From: Nemertoderma westbladi | Taxonomy: Eukaryota; Animalia; Xenacoelomorpha | DNA length: 64,000 bases | Reading direction: 5' to 3' | Assembly: GCA_032718475.1 (NCBI GenBank) | Contig: JAUCBJ010006750.1 | Location: 62,001-126,000 of the forward strand | Part shown: one piece after another, positions 27,601-41,019 of the stretch | How the letters are laid out: every line of letters begins with the position of its first letter | How positions within the stretch are numbered: position 1 is the stretch's first letter | The notes under the pieces: generated by a model | What the model saw: the letters and a program-made list of their open reading frames with translations, nothing else | Databases searched by the model: none | What the model was told of the DNA's origin: nothing | Translations under genes and position numbers: made by a program

Positions 27601-30600
27601 GTCAGGAGTTTCAGGTAAAAATACTTACAAAATTTCTTTAGTATACAACGCAGCATCTGTTATTGGTCAGGAGTTTCAGGTAAACTTATTTACAGTTTCT
27701 TTAGTATACAATGCAGCAGCTGTTATTGGTCAGGTGTTTCAGGTAAACTTATTTACAGTTTCTTTAGTATACAACGCCGCAGCAGTTAATGGTCAGGAGT
27801 TTCAGGTAAACTTATTTACACAGTTTCTTTAGTATACAACGCAGCAGCTGTTATTGGTCAGGAGTTTCAGGTAAACTTAATTACAGTTTCTTCAGTAGAC
27901 AACGCAGCAGCGGTTATTGGTCAGGAGTTTCAGGTAAACTTATTTACACAGTTTCTTTAGTATACAACGCAGCAGCTGTTATTGGTCAGGAGTTTCACGT
28001 AAACTTATTTACAGTTTCTTTAGTATATAATGCAGAAGCTGTTATTGGTCAGGAGTTTCAGGTAAACTTATTTACAGTTTCTTTAGTATACAACGCAGCA
28101 GCTGTTATTGATCAGGAGTTTCAGGTAAACCTATTTACAGTTTCTTTAGTATACAACGCAGCAGCTGTTATTGGTCAGGAGTTTCAGGTAAACTTATTTA
28201 CAGTTTCTTTTGTATACAACGCAGCAGCAGTTATTGGTCAGGAGTTTCACGTAAACTTATTTACAGTTTCTTTAGTATACAACGCAGCAGCTGTTATTGA
28301 TCAGGAGTTTCAGGTAAACTTATTTACAGTTTCTTTAGTATACAACGCAGCAGCTGTTATTGGTCAGGAGTTTCAGGTAAACTTATTTACAGTTTCTTTT
28401 GTATACAACGCAGCAGCAGTTATTGGTCAGGAGTTTCAGGTAAACTTATTTACAGTTTCTTCAGTATACAACGCCGCAGCTGTTATTGGTCAGGAGTTTC
28501 AGGTAAAAATACTTACAAAATTTCTTTAGTATACAACGCAGCATCTGTTATTGGTCAGGAGTTTCAGGTAAACTTATTTACAGTTTCTTTAGTATACAAT
28601 GCAGCAGCTGTTATTGGTCAGGTGTTTCAGGTAAACTTATTTACAGTTTCTTTAGTATACAACGCCGCAGCAGTTAATGGTCAGGAGTTTCAGGTAAACT
28701 TATTTACACAGTTTCTTTAGTATACAACGCAGCAGCTGTTATTGGTCAGGAGTTTCAGGTAAACTTAATTACAGTTTCTTCAGTAGACAACGCAGCAGCG
28801 GTTATTGGTCAGGAGTTTCAGGTAAACTTATTTACACAGTTTCTTTAGTATACAACGCAGCAGCTGTTATTGGTCAGGAGTTTCACGTAAACTTATTTAC
28901 AGTTTCTTTAGTATACAATGCAGAAGCTGTTATTGGTCAGGAGTTTCAGGTAAACTTATTTACAGTTTCTTTAGTATACAACGCAGCAGCTGTTATTGAT
29001 CAGGAGTTTCAGGTAAACTTATTTACAGTTTCTTTAGTATACAACGCAGCAGCTGTTATTGGTCAGGAGTTTCAGGTAAACTTATTTACAGTTTCTTTTG
29101 TATACAACGCAGCAGCAGTTATTGGTCAGGAGTTTCACGTAAACTTATTTACAGTTTCTTCAGTATACAACGCCGCAGCTGTTATTGGTCAGGAGTTTCA
29201 GGTAAACTTATTTACAGTTTCTTTAGTATACAATGCAGCAGCTGTTATTGGTCAGGAGTTTCAGGTAAACTTATTTACGGTTTCTTTAGTATACGACGCA
29301 GCAGCTGTTATTGGTCAGGAGTTTCAGGTAAACTTATTTACAGTTTCTTTAGTATACAACGCAGCAGCTGTTATTGGTCAGGAGTTTCAGGTAAACTTAT
29401 TTACAGTTTCTTTAGTATACAACGCAGCAGCTGTTATTGGTCAGGAGTTTCAGGTAAACTTATTTACAGTTTCTTTAGTATACAACGCAGCAGCAGTTAT
29501 TGGTCATTAGTTTCAGGTAAACTTATTTACAGTTTCTTTAGTATACAACGCAGTTATTGGTCAGGAGTTTCAGGTAAACTTACTTACAAAATTTCTTTAG
29601 TATACAACGCAGCATCTGTTATTGGTCAGGAGTTTCAGGTAAACTTATTTACAGTTTCTTTAGTATACAACACAGCAGCTGCTATTGGTCAGGAGTTTCA
29701 GGTAAACTTATTTACAGTTTCGTTAGCATACAATGCAGCAGCGGTTATTGGTCAGGAGTTTCAGGTAAACTTATTTACACAGTTTCTTTAGTATACAATG
29801 CAGCAGCTGTTATTGGTCAGAAGTTTCAGGTAAACTTATTTACAGTTTCTTCAGTATACAACGCAGCAGCTGTTATTGGTCAGGAGTTTCAGGTAAACTT
29901 ATTTACACGGTTACTTTAGTATACAACGCAGCAGTTGTTATTGGTCAGGAGTTTCAGGTAAACTTATTTACAGTTTCTTTAGTATACAACGCCGCAGCTG
30001 CTATTGGTCAGGAGTCTCAGGTCGACTTATTTACAGTTTCTTTAGTATACAACGCAGCAGCTGTTATTGGTCAGGAGTTTCAGGTAGACTTATTTACAGT
30101 TTCTTTAGTATACAACGCAGCAGCTGTTATTGGTCACGAGTTTCAGGTAGACTTATTTACAGTTTCTTTAGTATACAACACAGCAGCTGTTTTGGTCAGG
30201 AGTTTCAGGTAAACTTATTTACAGATTCTTTAGTATCAACGCCGCAGCTGTTATTGGTCAGGAGTTTCAGGTAAACTTATTTACAGTTTCTTTAGTATAC
30301 AACGCAGCAGCTGTTATTGGTCAGGAGTTTCAGGTAGACTTATTTACAGTTTCTTTAGTATACAACGCAGCAGCTGTTATTGGTCAGGAGTTTCAGGTAG
30401 ATTTATTTACAGTTTCTTTAGTATACAACACAGCAGCTGTTTTGGTCAGGAGTTTCAGGTAAACTTATTTACACAGTTTCTTTAGTATACAACGCAGCAG
30501 CTGTTATTGGTCAGGAGTTTCAGGTAGACTTATTTACAGTTTCTTTAGTATACAACACAGCAGCTGTTTTGGTCAGGAGTTTCAGGTAAACTTATTTACA

Positions 30601-33600
30601 GATTCTTTAGTATCAACGCCGCAGCTGTTATTGGTCAGGAGTTTCAGGTAAACTTATTTACACAGTTTCTTTAGTATATAACGCAGCAGCTGTTATTGGT
30701 CAGGAGTTTCAGGTAGACTTATTTACAGTTTCTTTAGTATACAACGCAGCAGCTGTTATTGGTCAGGAGTTTCAGGTAGACTTATTTACAGTTTCTTTAG
30801 TATACAACGCAGCAGCTGTTATTGGTCAGGAGTTTCAGGTAGATTTATTTACAGTTTCTTTAGTATACAACACAGCAGCTGTTTTGGTCAGGAGTTTCAG
30901 GTAAACTTATTTACACAGTTTCTTTAGTATACAACGCAGCAGCTGTTATTGGTCAGGAGTTTCAGGTAGACTTATTTACAGTTTCTTTAGTATACAACAC
31001 AGCAGCTGTTTTGGTCAGGAGTTTCAGGTAAACTTATTTACAGTTTCTTCAGTAGACAACGCAGCAGCGGTTATTGGTCAGGAGTTTCAGGTAAACTTAT
31101 TTACACAGTTTCTTTAGTATACAATGCAGCAGCTGTTATTGGTCAGGAGTTTCAGGTTAACTTATTTACAGTTTCTTTAGTATGCAAAGCAGCAGCTGTT
31201 ATTGGTCAGGAGTTTCAGGTAAACTTATTTACAGTTTCTTCAGTATACAACGCAGCAGCTGTTATTGGTCAGGAGTTTCACGTAAACTTATTTACAGTTT
31301 CTTTAGTATACAATGCAGAAGCTGTTATTGGTCAGGAGTTTCAGGTAAACTTATTTACAGTTTCTTTAGTATACAACGCAGCAGCTGTTATTGATCAGGA
31401 GTTTCAGGTAAACCTATTTACAGTTTCTTTAGTATACAACGCAGCAGCTGTTATTGGTCAGGAGTTTCAGGTAAACTTATTTACAGTTTCTTTTGTATAC
31501 AACGCAGCAGCAGTTATTGGTCAGGAGTTTCACGTAAACTTATTTACAGTTTCTTTAGTATACAACGCAGCAGCTGTTATTGATCAGGAGTTTCAGGTAA
31601 ACTTATTTACAGTTTCTTTAGTATACAACGCAGCAGCTGTTATTGGTCAGGAGTTTCAGGTAAACTTATTTACAGTTTCTTTTGTATACAACGCAGCAGC
31701 TGTTATTGGTCAGGAGTTTCAGGTAAACTTATTTACAGTTTCTTCAGTATACAACGCCGCAGCTGTTATTGGTCAGGAGTTTCAGGTAAAAATACTTACA
31801 AAATTTCTTTAGTATACAACGCAGCATCTGTTATTGGTCAGGAGTTTCAGGTAAACTTATTTACAGTTTCTTTAGTATACAATGCAGCAGCTGTTATTGG
31901 TCAGGTGTTTCAGGTAAACTTATTTACAGTTTCTTTAGTATACAACGCCGCAGCAGTTAATGGTCAGGAGTTTCAGGTAAACTTATTTACACAGTTTCTT
32001 TAGTATACAACGCAGCAGCTGTTATTGGTCAGGAGTTTCAGGTAAACTTAATTACAGTTTCTTCAGTAGACAACGCAGCAGCGGTTATTGGTCAGGAGTT
32101 TCAGGTAAACTTATTTACACAGTTTCTTTAGTATACAACGCAGCAGCTGTTATTGGTCAGGAGTTTCACGTAAACTTATTTACAGTTTCTTTAGTATACA
32201 ATGCAGAAGCTGTTATTGGTCAGGAGTTTCAGGTAAACTTATTTACAGTTTCTTTAGTATACAACGCAGCAGCTGTTATTGATCAGGAGTTTCAGGTAAA
32301 CTTATTTACAGTTTCTTTAGTATACAACGCAGCAGCTGTTATTGGTCAGGAGTTTCAGGTAAACTTATTTACAGTTTCTTTTGTATACAACGCAGCAGCA
32401 GTTATTGGTCAGGAGTTTCACGTAAACTTATTTACAGTTTCTTCAGTATACAACGCCGCAGCTGTTATTGGTCAGGAGTTTCAGGTAAACTTATTTACAG
32501 TTTCTTTAGTATACAATGCAGCAGCTGTTATTGGTCAGGAGTTTCAGGTAAACTTATTTACGGTTTCTTTAGTATACGACGCAGCAGCTGTTATTGGTCA
32601 GGAGTTTCAGGTAAACTTATTTACAGTTTCTTTAGTATACAACGCAGCAGCTGTTATTGGTCAGGAGTTTCAGGTAAACTTATTTACAGTTTCTTTAGTA
32701 TACAACGCAGCAGCTGTTATTGGTCAGGAGTTTCAGGTAAACTTATTTACAGTTTCTTTAGTATACAACGCAGCAGCAGTTATTGGTCATTAGTTTCAGG
32801 TAAACTTATTTACAGTTTCTTTAGTATACAACGCAGTTATTGGTCAGGAGTTTCAGGTAAACTTACTTACAAAATTTCTTTAGTATACAACGCAGCATCT
32901 GTTATTGGTCAGGAGTTTCAGGTAAACTTATTTACAGTTTCTTTAGTATACAACACAGCAGCTGCTATTGGTCAGGAGTTTCAGGTAAACTTATTTACAG
33001 TTTCGTTAGCATACAATGCAGCAGCGGTTATTGGTCAGGAGTTTCAGGTAAACTTATTTACACAGTTTCTTTAGTATACAATGCAGCAGCTGTTATTGGT
33101 CAGAAGTTTCAGGTAAACTTATTTACAGTTTCTTCAGTATACAACGCAGCAGCTGTTATTGGTCAGGAGTTTCAGGTTAACTTATTTACAGTTTCTTTAG
33201 TATACAAAGCAGCAGCTGTTATTGGTCAGGAGTTTCAGGTAAACTTATTTACAGTTTCTTTAGTATACAACGCCGCAGCTGTTATTGGTCAGGAGTTTCA
33301 GGTAAACTTATTTACAGTTTCTTTAGTATACAACGCAGCAGCTGTTATTGGTCTGGAGTTTCAGGTAAACTTATTTACAGTTTCTTTAGTATACAACGCA
33401 GCAGCTGTTATTGATCAGGAGTTTCAGGTAAACTTATTTACACAGTTTCTTTAGTATACAACGCAGCAGCTGTTATTGGTCTGGAGTTTCAGGTAAACTT
33501 ATTTACAGTTTCTTTAGTATACAACGCAGCAGCTGTTATTGGTCAGGAGTTTCAGGTAAACTTATTTACAGTTTCTTTAGTATACAACGCAGCAGCTGTT

Positions 33601-33823
33601 TTGGTCAGGAGTTTCAGGTAAGCTTATTTACAGTTTCTTTATTATACAACGCAGCAGCTGTTATTGGTCAGGAGTTTCAGGTAAACTTATTTACACGGTT
33701 TCTTTAGTATACAACGCAGCAGCTGTTATTGGTCAGGAGTTTCAGGTAAACTTATTTACAATTTCTTTAGTATACAACGCAGCAGCTGTTATTGGTCAGG
33801 AGTTTCAGGTAAACTTATTTACA
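15683..33823. repeat. Tandem satellite array, 63-bp monomer (right part)
   Basis: Same monomer and orientation as 1-14465. Ends abruptly at ...AAACTTATTTACA (33823). Confidence 0.99.
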
Positions 33824-34240
33824 TCCATTTTATTAGTCTAACCAAAACCAATAAACTAAAGTCAGGAGAACCGGCTACACTTGAATTTTTCCACGTATTC
33901 AGCTGTTTTTATGTTATGTAGAGGATTTAATTTTAATTGCAATTAATTATGCGGAGATTTCTTAACCTTCAAATATGTTTTGCTGATAAAGTAATTTTTT
34001 AAAGTTGTCTATTATGTACGGTAGTCGAAAACAATAGTTGTATAGTTTAAGATTTTGTTTGTAATATATCTATTTTTCAATTTAATTAAAAATAAAGTAT
34101 TACGGACTGCTGGGACTCTGGCAAAACTGGGCGATTTTGATTTTAGAGACTTCCTTCGATAAAGTAACGCCAGTTGCGCCAGAGTGCAGCTATGCGTTGG
34201 CTCCAAATAAGAGGTTTCTTTAGGTAGAAATTATAAAGTT

Positions 34241-36290
34241 TGTTTCAAGCAAGCCACCACTGAGTTTATTAATAAAGTATAGCAGGGAAGGAAGTATAAA
34301 TATATTTAACATAAGATAAGAAGGAAGCAATTAAATCGGCAAAATATGCAGCAGGGGTTTCCACAAGGCACCAGGTTGTCGACTCGAGAGTGTGGAAAGA
34401 GTGCCAAGCAGCTCCTTAAATACGTTCTCAGGAAGCGATCTGATTGGGTAGCTTTAAGTAGATTGCTTAGTGGACAGTTTGTAACTTTTTGATCCGAAAT
34501 ATAATGTAGGGAACATTCCCGCTAGAGGTGTGTTATTAGCGAGAGAGTTCTGTAAAGACAGCTGAGAACCTTCTGATTGATAAGGGTTGGAAGTTTCCCG
34601 CTAGGGGGCACTGAGAAATTGAAAGAAGAAATGAACTGGTTAAATTTGCGACAACCTGGCGATTATTTACGCAGGCTTTTCCCTGTTAAGTTTCTCTGTT
34701 TCAATAAGAAAGAACAACATTTTGCTACGATTTCCAGTCTCGGGGTTTTCCTGGTCGCTGAATTTTTTTCCGATATTGTCTATCTTATCTGCCTATCGGT
34801 TATATTTTCATAGACAGATTGACAAGCACACACTCAGACACGACGCTGTTAAATTAGAAAACTGAAATAAAATCTCCTAATGGAAATATTTAACCAGATA
34901 ATATGCATTATGTTTTGCGGACAAACTGTCGGACAGACAGGCAGTCAGTCCTATTGTTGCCGTTATTCCCAACACCATGGGGGAAAATGCCGATGCTGGT
35001 GGCGGAATTTTCAGACCATGGGATTCCGGCCAGTCACCAGATATTGGGAGTGGAGAAGGAGTCTTTATCTGAGATGCAAGATTGCAGTAGGAAAAAAGTC
35101 GCATTGTTTGGATATAATCTTTTAATGTAAATTTTGAACCTTGATCAATACTGAACCTTGATTGAGAATAATTTGGGCTTCCCCACACCAATATACCAAA
35201 TATTCACAATAATACACGAACATAGAAATTGCTACAGTACATTATTTAATTACCCACTGTTCGCTTTTATATTTTAACCTAACTAATGATCCCCATTTTC
35301 CCTCAGTCCTAGTCCCAGTGCCGTAGTGTCAGTGTAGGTCGACCCTGTTGCTTGTCCATCCCACCCTTCCCGAACCCCGAAGGGATCGGTCATCAGGAAA
35401 GCGGTACAGCTTGGCTAAGGGCCGGTCAGGTCGGTCGACCCTGTTGCGTGTCCGTCCCACCCTTCCCGAACGCCGAAGGGATTGGTCATCAGGAAAGCGG
35501 TACGGCTTGGCTAGGGGTCTGTCGGTTTATCGCAGGTTCCCAACCACCTAAGCTTTCCGAATCCTTTTCAGGCTCGTAGTCGCTTCGGTAGCCGAGAAGC
35601 TGCTCCGAACAGTCGGTAGGCCAGTAGAGTCCGGTCCTTTGTCTTTTGACCCTGTTGCGTGTCCGTCCCACCCTTCCCGAACCCCGAAGGGATCTGTCAT
35701 CAGGAAAGCGGTACGGCTTGGCTAGGGGTCTGTCAGCCCGTTGTGAGTCCCAACTGTCGGAGGTTTCCGAGTCCCTTTCAGGCTTGTAGTAACGCCGGTC
35801 GTGGAGCCCACTCCAGGAAGACAGTCCTTGTCGAGCCCTTCCTTCGTCTAATCGGTCGATCCGTCACAAGTCCCCGGTGCAGTCAGCAAGCTTTCTGAGG
35901 ATCTGTCAGTTCCCGTCGCAAATCCCTGACGCAATCAGCAGGCTTTCCGAGTCCCTTTCAGACTCGTAATAACTGCTGTTGGCCAGGAACCACTAAGGGT
36001 AGTCCTTGTCCCTAGGCCTAGCGGGTTACCAAAACTACCTCTACAGGCAGTAGGAAGTTGGCTAGGCCTAATTAGTATCAGGTAAACCTGAGTACTGCTT
36101 GATTTTACCTCCCACCCTTGGCCCTTAAATATCTGATATGAGTCCCGTGCCCCATAAGTCGCCCCAATATTTGCCCGTAAATCGCCCCCAGTTCATTGAA
36201 TATACCCAGATGCCATGTTCCCGCACCCAGTACTGATATTGGAATATTCATATTCAACTCGCGTTATGAAAAGTTGAAATACCGCGAACA
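34241..36290 (-). repeat. Putative 3' LTR of element A (~2.05 kb; distal boundary tentative)
   Basis: Starts TGTTCGCGG directly after the G-run PPT. Candidate end ...GCTTGAAACA at 34241, with minus-strand AATAAA near 34266-34271 and TATTTAAG near 34414-34421. No second copy in the window to confirm the end. Confidence 0.55.
35340..35975. repeat. Internal subrepeats in LTR A
   Basis: Three ~80-bp copies of GACCCTGTTGCGTGTCCGTCCCACCCTTCCCGAAC...AGGAAAGCGGTACGGCTTGGCTAGGG (~35341, ~35438, ~35648) and three copies of TTCCGAGTCCCTTTCAGGCTCGTA (35555, 35765, 35945). Confidence 0.9.
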
Positions 36291-36315
36291 GTCCCCCCCC
36301 CCCCCCCCCCCCCCC
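36291..36315 (-). promoter_or_regulatory. Polypurine tract of element A
   Basis: Minus strand reads G23-AC immediately before TGTTCGCG, the usual PPT/LTR geometry. Confidence 0.8.
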
Positions 36316-36561
36316 AATGACCTTCGTGAGGTCTATCGGTAGATCGAGTTTGCGTAGGTCATTTCCCCATATAAAAAACCCAAATTTTATTATTGCATAG
36401 TCCTGATTAATTTGTCCTAGAGTTAGTTTACGTAGATATAAAAAATAAATGTTCGATGTAAATGTCCATAGGATATCCTGGTCTTCTATTTTCTACTCTG
36501 ATACGCTTTCCTTTTCTTCGCCCGTCTTCTCTCATCGATCACCAGTGCAGGTAGGGGAGCA

Positions 36562-38053
36562 TTATTGTCCATCGCGAGCATCGCTGCAGCTTGTCTCCTG
36601 GCGGCCCTTCCTTTGGATGGTAGCGGGATCATGTCCGTACGTCTCTCCAATTTCGAAGGGACCGAATAATCCAGCGCTTAATAGTAGATCCACATAATGG
36701 AATGGTAGTGTCGCTGCCGTATGGAGGCGTTCTGGGAACGAGAAGTATCCGCACGCCATCTCTTGCGCGATATTTTGAGCGCTTCTCCGCACTTTGGTCT
36801 TTACGTGGTTATTGGCGTATGTTTTAAACATTACCATATTCCCCATGGTCATTGCGTCCTTAGTAGGACACTTAATGTTACATAGGGGGCTCGCGGAATG
36901 TCCACGGAAACCGCTTTTTGTGCAGAGGTTGTAGAGGGTTGGACAAACTGATATGTCGTGGCCCGATATAGCGCAATAGGGACAGTAAAGTATCCCAAGG
37001 ATCTGGAGACACGACTCGGTAACCCGATGTCTCCTGCCACGTGGACACTGTTCCAAACTGCAGTTTCCACAAACATCAAGCTGCATCTCCCGGCCGAAGA
37101 ATATCGGGATCGGTACGCTGGCTTAATACTCCCGCCATCTATCACTCTTGGGGATAATTGCGGTAACCGGTAGCCCGCGGAACGCTGGGCTTTTGCGGAG
37201 TATGTTCTCGCTACGATATCCTTCCTTATATCCCGCCGGTCGCATTCCGGGCGCCCGTTTCTGACGGTGGATCCACTCTGTTTGTTCGGCGTACCACCGG
37301 GTGAGTCTCATAGGGTCTTGTGGGACAGAGGGTGCCGTTGCCACAGCTGGTCGGCGAAGGGGTGCCGGGGCGTTCACCGAAGGAATTCCGAGAAGGTCTA
37401 CAGGGGTTGGAGCTATGCTGGGACCTTATGCAACCTGTATAGCTGAGCGGGTCCGCTGGGTACTCTTCTCCTCCTGGGAATGGATATGGAGACAACCTCT
37501 GGCATGTGTCGCCGAAGTTGCTAAGCGTGAAGGTGGTTACTAACTCTCTAGCAGGACTGCCAAAGCCAAGCGGGGTGGTTACGCCCGCCTCTGTTGCAGG
37601 TTCAGCCGCGGCAATCCGTTTGGCGGCTGGTCCATAAGCGACTTCCGGTTTGAGTTGTCGTTTTGGGGTGGATAGCAAGATACCTTCTTGTAACCATAAT
37701 TCCTTCCCATCCGATGATATCAAGGGTTCCTCTGCGCCAAGGAGATCAGCAATCGTAGGGATGTCAAACGGTCTGTTATCATCCCAGGATGCGATAACGT
37801 TGTGCGTTTTGGTATCTCCTGGTGGGATATTCTCTACCGCCTTGAATGCGTGGTCGATAACAGTAGTAGAGGAAGAATGGTCCCCGACATAGTCCTCCCT
37901 AGCTTGTTCTATGGGAGATATCTCGGAGGACTATTGAAAATGCTCAATTTTGACAGATTTTAATGACCATCTGTCACCATCAGTATTGATTCGAATCGTT
38001 GCGTCAACCAATCATCGATATTCAACTACGCGTAACCTAACCTCATGATGCAT
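36562..38053 (-). pseudogene. Element A accessory ORF2, multi zinc-knuckle protein (disrupted; start approximate)
   Basis: Chain of overlapping minus-strand ORFs (38203-38012, in frame through two stops into 37723-37226; then 37377-37123, 37145-36849, 37086-36562). The C-terminal part has CGNC..., CPYCAISGHDISVC (CX2CX4HX4C) and CTKSGFRGHSASPLC. Confidence 0.65.
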
Positions 38054-38853
38054 GCCTAACCCGGTTACTCTCCCTTTTGCCTCGCTACCATGACGGCGAC
38101 GACGACGAACTAATATACTGAATGCCAAGTAATAATTATTCAAGATCGATTTATTCATCATAACTGGTCGCAGATGTTTACAAATAGCTTGTGGTAGTAT
38201 CAATTATAAATTATTGCTCATTGAATTCTATACTATAGCATATGTCACCAACGAGATCCAATTATTCTAATGATTTCGATAGCATAAAATGCATATTTAT
38301 TATTACGAAATAAATCTAACTAATAATAATAATCTACTTGTTCTACATACAGTATCAGTACAATAATGACAGGTTAATTACGTTTGAATATAAGATGGAA
38401 TGATAATTAATGTTTAGATGTAGGGTATTAATTGTTGTGAGTATGTGTTAGATATAGCAGTAATAGTGTTATTCGGTATGTAACATTATGAAACAATGTC
38501 TCATGTATACACTGTTGTGTTGCAACTATGTGTAGGTAAGTCAATGTGTCAGTGTTAATATTGTATATTACATTTTTTATAATATATTGGTTCTACAGAG
38601 TGATGCTGGGTTTCAGCACTATTAATTTGACATTTTTTTATTGCGAAATTAGATTTACTGAAAAATTCCATGAATAAACTTTGCAATTATCACCATTTGT
38701 TTCTTGGGTGGAACTGTTGGTGTTTTGCTGTCATGTTGCAGATCATCCTTCATATGCTGCCTATGGCGACTGATTTCACTTCTCTGCAAAATATTACACA
38801 TATTTCCAGCATCTTTGAAATTTAGGTCTCCAGTTGTGATACTCGGAGCCTGC

Positions 38854-39781
38854 TTAAATCTCTAGTTCCGGGTATGCACCATATATCTTGTTATAGTCCA
38901 GAAATTTCTGAGGTTTAAAGTCTATGCCGCCATTTAGCACTGCGAGGTAGCCGATACCGGATTTCGTTGGTCTCACTTCCCGGAATCCACGCATGAATTC
39001 TGTGGATCGCAACCAGGCTAACAGGGTTTGGGTGTCGACGAAGTGACTAATGGCGTTAAGGTCTTCTCGACGGTTTCTTCTGAAGGGAGCATTAGCGTAG
39101 TCGTTCCGGATATCCGCCTTTATATCCGACCCAATCTTACTAATATCGAAATCAAATAGGATCTGTTGGATCTCCGGTGGTAATAGCCAGACCGCTCTGG
39201 CTGTCCGCACCTCTTGTTTGGGTGTCGGGAAGATTCGACATATCAACACTAAACCATCTAGTGTTCCAATGATCGACCGTATTCCTTCGTCCCATACTTC
39301 TCCTGGTAGTCGTCGCGGTTCTGGATGACTGATATACGCTCCTCTCATAGCGTCGCCCTACATTCCGCCAGGTTTCCCCAGTGGGCGAGGTATGTACTCT
39401 TGTCGTCGACGAAACTTTGACATCGCGCCAACGTAATCGCCTTTGAGGTAGGCGTCGCATTTCCCTCGTTGTCGTATTGTCGTATATCAAACACCGGGAT
39501 TTGTAGACGCTTCGCCGGAACGCATCCCAGAATGATAACTCCTCTCCTCCGGTTGCCTTTGCGTTCCATGTCCTTTTCAGGCTCATATTAACATCGGATA
39601 ACCGGAGCTCTCGTAGATTACGGGAATCCGGTTCCTCCTGCCCGGAAAATTTAACGACTTGCACATTCTCTTTTAACAGGGTGTTCCATTTCGTATCAAA
39701 GTTAGGAGATCCAGGCTGTGGATAATCCAATAAATCGAGCGTGTTACGTAATTCGCCGAGAATTCGGCGATTTGAGTCCAT
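38854..39781 (-). pseudogene. Element A accessory ORF1, unknown protein ~300 aa (frameshifted)
   Basis: ATG-initiated 209-aa ORF overlapping a 164-aa ORF near 39348. GC-balanced island between AT-rich spacers, same strand as pol. No motif recognised. Confidence 0.55.
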
Positions 39782-40319
39782 ATTCTAAATTATGTCCATT
39801 GCAAATTCAAATCAGTTAATTATAACTCCAGAAAGTCTGATTCTATAGCGACTGCAGAATAATTCAGTTATTTGTAATTCAGTTTATTATTATTGCTATA
39901 TAGGCATCTACCATCTTATTGCTACTACATTCAGTATTTACAGTTACTATAGCTATACATTATTTTCCAACCAGTTTTTTTACTTTTTATGTCCGCTTCT
40001 TTTTCAAATTCTTTCCTTTCTACATTTTATATTTTTTTTTTGTCTTTTTTCATTTCTCATATCATAATTCATTGTACATTTCATTATTTCTTTCCACATT
40101 TCATCATTTATTTCACATTTAATCATTTATTTCCACCATTACATTGGGGTTATAGCCCCCCGGCTATCATTATTTGTTATAAGCACAGCACCAGGGTGCG
40201 CATCATTACATTTTCATCATCATATGCGTCATCATTCAGTTTATAGTAGGGTTGTCTGTTTCTTTTCATCATTTCCAAACTACATTCAACCATCTTCTTT
40301 GGGAAATTTTCGTTGTGGA

Positions 40320-40742
40320 AGGGGTGTTTCGCGGCAATCTGGGATCTACAGCTGGGCTAGTTACACCGCCTACGACCCAAACTGCACACGTAACGGACAA
40401 TGAAGACGCTGGAAGTGAAGTCACGTGGAATGCACCAGGGACCCACCAGAATAACACTCCCAACAACATATATCTCAGCCGACGAAGTCATGTGGGATGG
40501 GGTTACGCAACATTCTGGGATCTACAGCTGGACTCGTTATACCGCCTACGCCCCAAAATCCACGCAACGGTCCCACCAGAATAACCCGACTGAAAAACAT
40601 AAAACCTCTATCGACGAAGTCATGTGGATGCACCATGGACCCACCAGAATAACGCGATAGAGGGGGTGTTGCGCGGTAATCCGGCATCTACAGCTGGACT
40701 TGTTACACCGCCCACGCCCCGAACTGCACACGCAATGGACAA
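40320..40742. repeat. Degenerate ~170-bp tandem triplication in 3' region of element A
   Basis: GGGGT...ATCTACAGCTGG...TTA(C/T)ACCGCC at ~40321, ~40499 and ~40662. CCCACCAGAATAAC at ~40442, ~40572 and ~40640. Confidence 0.85.
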
Positions 40743-41019
40743 CACAATACAACACAATACAATGGATACAATGAATTCCACTTCAAATCTTTACCATTTC
40801 CAATAATCCAATGTAGTTGGTCCTGATGACCAAAATCAGGGTGAACAATACATAAACTACCCTGCATCAGTCGAAACATCTGCAGGGTGACGCTGGACTC
40901 CACATAACACACGAGGAAACACAAATATCATTGCGTGGTTACAGTTGGTTTAAGGGGGGTCCATATTCATTGTCGGTAAATCACATTTTAAAAGAGTTTG
41001 TCAACAGGATGAGAAGGGT

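Noticed and set aside
227-31394. Repeat-protein ORFs (VSLVYNAAAVIGQEFQVNLFT / SFFSIQRSSCYWSGVSGKLIY)
   Set aside because: By-product of a 63-bp unit with stop-free frames. Frequent 62- and 65-bp monomers break the frame, so there is no sign of coding constraint.
1-33823. CRISPR array
   Set aside because: No unique spacers, since the whole unit repeats. No cas genes, and the context is eukaryotic TEs.
36562-39781. env gene call for the accessory ORFs
   Set aside because: No evident signal peptide, fusion-protein cysteine pattern or C-terminal TM anchor. Left as unknown pending a profile search.
39919-40246. F/H-rich short ORFs
   Set aside because: Translation of an AT-rich low-complexity spacer.
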